Below are positions 29,539 through 32,000 of a stretch of 32,000 nucleotides of DNA, in pieces. Under the pieces are notes generated by a model that saw only the letters and a list, made by a program, of their open reading frames with translations, was not told where the DNA came from and did no database searches. Every line of letters starts with the position of its first letter. Positions within the stretch are counted from its first letter, which is position 1. The translations under genes were made by a program, and so were the position numbers. Origin of the DNA: Aliivibrio fischeri ES114 (GTDB lineage: Bacteria > Pseudomonadota > Gammaproteobacteria > Enterobacterales > Vibrionaceae). The stretch lies in the NCBI RefSeq assembly GCF_000011805.1, contig NC_006840.2. One strand, given 5' to 3'.

Positions 29539-30627
29539 CTAAGTAGCGTCTGGCCTCTGCATTTTTGTGCTTTTGGTTAATGCCCAGTACACTTGATTGG
29601 GTTGTAGACTGTTTATGTCATTGATTGCACGACTTCTGCTGCTACTAAATGTATTAAATACGCCTCCAGCGCCACCATTGTAGGCGGAGATCATGCTGTA
29701 TTGTTTTGATGTTGGGTGACGAATGTCTTTTAAATAACGAGTTTTTAAAATATGAAAGTAAGCCGTTCCCGTATCAATATTATTGTAAGGATTAAATAAA
29801 TACTCAGGAGTTGGATCTCCTGATTTGTTTTTAACTAACTTAAATACATCACGACCAGCTGTTTTTGGTACAACCTGCATTAAACCATAAGCATTAGCCC
29901 AACTTACCGCATACGGGTTAAAACTACTTTCAGTTCGAATGATTGAATAAATGAGATCTTCAGGAATATCATATTTTAATGATGCTTTACGTACGATATC
30001 AGCATACTTGTATTCTCGGAGTTGAGTATGGTTTTTTACCATTGGAATATCGACGTAGTATGCTTTTTTATAATCGACATTTTTTTGTTTTAAATGATGT
30101 GCAATTAAATAATCTGCGTAACGACTGGCACGCCATGACCATTCAATTGGTTTTTTATCTTGATCTAAGACTTGTTGATATAAGAAGGGTTTGCCACCTA
30201 AGGTAACATCAGCATCAGAATAAAGGTCAACACTGGCAGGGTCTTCCGGTGTCAAAAGGGTGGTAATGATGGCTTGACGTAAATGCGCTTTAGGGTCAGT
30301 ACCAGCAACCGTTTCGACGGTAACTCGACCATTAGTAAAATCCACTTGAGAGCGGCTTAAATACCCATCAGTGTATTTTACATAGGAGCGCTTACCAGCA
30401 GTAACAAGGTTTTTCTTACCCCAACGTTTTTCGATATTGCCATTGAAACTACTTATTAAACTATCTAATGCTTTAATATCTTTGGTGAATTGTCCAGGGA
30501 GTGGGGCTAGATTTTTAGCAAAGCGGTTGGTTGTATCGTAATTTACACCAAAAGTAGATTCTATTGATTCTCGACTACAACTGGTAAGCAGAAGACAGGT
30601 CGAGGCGATCAGTATAATTTTTTTCAT
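29539..30627 (-). CDS. mltC: Membrane-bound lytic murein transglycosylase C; the 3' end appears frameshifted (see findings)
   Basis: 362-aa ORF with a lipoprotein signal (LLLTSC) and the SLT catalytic motif IIRTESSFNPYAVS...GLMQV...AYNGGAG. It is colinear with recalled E. coli MltC until ...VYWALTK. The last 10 residues (STKMQRPDAT) are then unrelated, while the conserved tail continues in another frame down to 29492. Confidence 0.9.
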   Translation of the reverse strand: MKKIILIASTCLLLTSCSRESIESTFGVNYDTTNRFAKNLAPLPGQFTKDIKALDSLISSFNGNIEKRWGKKNLVTAGKRSYVKYTDGYLSRSQVDFTNGRVTVETVAGTDPKAHLRQAIITTLLTPEDPASVDLYSDADVTLGGKPFLYQQVLDQDKKPIEWSWRASRYADYLIAHHLKQKNVDYKKAYYVDIPMVKNHTQLREYKYADIVRKASLKYDIPEDLIYSIIRTESSFNPYAVSWANAYGLMQVVPKTAGRDVFKLVKNKSGDPTPEYLFNPYNNIDTGTAYFHILKTRYLKDIRHPTSKQYSMISAYNGGAGGVFNTFSSSRSRAINDINSLQPNQVYWALTKSTKMQRPDAT

Positions 30628-30693
30628 AAAGGCAATATAGATTGAGAACTCGATAATAAGGTTAACGGCAGGTTTAACTTTGACTTAATAGCA

Positions 30694-30725
30694 TAAAATT
30701 AAAGCAGCCAAATGACTGCTTTAAT
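30694..30725 (-). terminator. Rho-independent terminator after yggX
   Basis: Perfect 9-bp stem ttaaagcag (30699-30707) / ctgctttaa (30717-30725). On the minus strand it is followed by tttt. Confidence 0.65.
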
Positions 30726-30735
30726 GTAAAAGTGA

Positions 30736-31008
30736 TTATTCACTTGGAGGAGTGTAACCATCGATAACAACATCTTTGCCATCAAATAGGAAACCTTCCA
30801 TTTCTGTTTCTAGAAGCTTACGGTGCTCAGGATCCATCATGTTCAACTTCTTTTCATTGATCAGCATGGTTTGTTTGTGTTGCCATTGCCCCCAAGCTTC
30901 TTTGGAGATGTTGTCAAAAATACGCTTACCTAGTTCACCTGGGTAAAGTTGAAAATCTAGGCCATCGGCTTCTTTATTTAAACGAACGCAAAACACAGTG
31001 CGGCTCAT
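30736..31008 (-). CDS. yggX: Fe(2+)-trafficking protein YggX
   Basis: 90 aa (E. coli YggX is 91 aa), starting [26 protein letters not shown]...SKEAW..W. It lies immediately downstream of mutY, as in E. coli. Confidence 0.94.
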   Translation of the reverse strand: MSRTVFCVRLNKEADGLDFQLYPGELGKRIFDNISKEAWGQWQHKQTMLINEKKLNMMDPEHRKLLETEMEGFLFDGKDVVIDGYTPPSE

Positions 31009-31010
31009 GG

Positions 31011-32000
31011 TTATTCTCCATTAGAAATTTCGTACGGTAGGGCATCCAATAATTTTTGAACTGGTGCAGCTAACCCGACCGTCATTGGTTGAGATAAGTT
31101 ATACCAAACTCCACGCGTTCCTTCCATTATCATGTTCGGTTTCTTCGCAAGAGTGATAAGTACAGGGGTAATATCAAGATGGTAGTGGCTAAAAGTATGG
31201 CGAAAAGCGATTAACTGTTGTTTTGATGCTACTTTAAAACCATAGTCTTCTGATAACTCATCAAGTGTATTTGTTGGTTGCTCGGGAAAACAAAATAATC
31301 CTCCCCAAATGCCACTTTGTGGTCTCTGCTCTAACCAAACTTCGCCATCATGATAGTAGATAGCAAACCACGCTTCTTTAACTGGTTTCTCTTTCTTTGG
31401 CTTTTTGGTCGGAAAGTCTAATTGTTTATCTTGGGCTTTTGCTTGGCAAAGATCGTTTACTGGGCACAACTCACATTTAGGTTTGGAGCGTGTACATACC
31501 ATTGCTCCCATATCCATCATTGCTTGGTTATAGCGCTCAACACCTTGCTTTGGAGTATGAGTTTCAGCCACCGCCCACATTTCATTTTCAACGCTTTTTT
31601 TACCTGGCCAGCCTTCTATTGCGAAACAGCGAGATAATGTTCTTTTAACGTTACCATCAAGAATGGGATGATGCTGTTGCAAAGAAAGCGATAAAACAGC
31701 GCCGGCTGTTGAGCGACCAATACCAGGAAGTGCAATCACATCATCAATATTTGTAGGGAAAATACCATTATATTGCTCAGCAATGATTTGTGCCGTTTTA
31801 TGTAAATTACGAGCACGAGCGTAATAGCCTAGCCCTGTCCATAAGTGAAGAACTTCATCTTGCTCGGCATGTGCTAAATCAACGATTGTTGGAAATCGTG
31901 TCATGAAGCGTTCGAAGTAAGGGATAACGGTAGTGACTTGGGTTTGTTGTAGCATGATCTCCGATAACCATACTTTATAAGGCGTTTTTTCTAACTGCCA
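31011..32000 (-). CDS. mutY: Adenine DNA glycosylase MutY, 5'-truncated by the window end
   Basis: The track ORF begins at an internal Met (MLQQTQV). The frame stays open to position 32000 and reads [22 protein letters not shown], matching recalled E. coli MutY residues ~23-44. The HhH motif [12 protein letters not shown], the 4Fe-4S cluster CxxxxxxCxxCxxxxxC and the C-terminal Nudix-like domain are present. Confidence 0.95.
   Translation of the reverse strand, partial: WQLEKTPYKVWLSEIMLQQTQVTTVIPYFERFMTRFPTIVDLAHAEQDEVLHLWTGLGYYARARNLHKTAQIIAEQYNGIFPTNIDDVIALPGIGRSTAGAVLSLSLQQHHPILDGNVKRTLSRCFAIEGWPGKKSVENEMWAVAETHTPKQGVERYNQAMMDMGAMVCTRSKPKCELCPVNDLCQAKAQDKQLDFPTKKPKKEKPVKEAWFAIYYHDGEVWLEQRPQSGIWGGLFCFPEQPTNTLDELSEDYGFKVASKQQLIAFRHTFSHYHLDITPVLITLAKKPNMIMEGTRGVWYNLSQPMTVGLAAPVQKLLDALPYEISNGE

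Noticed and set aside
29565-29580. Programmed -1 ribosomal frameshift as the explanation for the mltC frame switch.
   Set aside because: The sequence ACC AAA AGC is not an X XXY YYZ slippery heptamer, and I see no downstream stimulatory hairpin or pseudoknot and no upstream SD-like stimulator. A 1-nt indel in the homopolymer is more parsimonious.

Overview
AT-rich gammaproteobacterial core-chromosome window. Gene order and protein similarity suggest Vibrionaceae (Aliivibrio/Vibrio-like), which is inference only. It is densely packed with housekeeping and envelope genes. Minus strand: rapZ (5' fragment), ptsN, hpf, rpoN, lptB, lptA, lptC, kdsC, kdsD, yrbG. Plus strand: mlaF, mlaE, mlaD, mlaC, mlaB, ibaG, murA, then plsC and idi. 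Minus strand: ridA, pyrI and pyrB (with a pyrL leader/attenuator absent from the ORF track), an ArgF/ArgI-type ornithine carbamoyltransferase behind two tandem ARG boxes, and arginine deiminase. Plus strand: rraB and an orphan ~280-aa protein that looks like the non-catalytic N-terminal half of a GH2 beta-mannosidase. Minus strand: valS, holC, pepA. Plus strand: lptF, lptG. The window ends with an RDD membrane protein, a solitary tRNA-Leu(CAA), a small helical ORF plus dgkA, a 9-gene tRNA array (3 Asn, 3 Phe, 3 Thr) containing a 247-bp perfect duplication, mltC, yggX and mutY (truncated by the window end). I see no integrase, transposase, CRISPR array, toxin-antitoxin pair or defence-island-like content, and I cannot support a claim of a novel multi-gene system here. 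The items most worth a second look are: (1) an apparent 1-nt frameshift in an A-run near the 3' end of mltC, where the conserved C-terminus continues in another frame; (2) the orphan GH2-N-like ORF; (3) the pyrBI leader peptide, attenuator and AATTT start region; (4) the modular tRNA array; (5) idi starting 13 nt after a strong intrinsic terminator. All homology statements come from reading the translations against recalled family motifs and E. coli orthologues. No database search was run.
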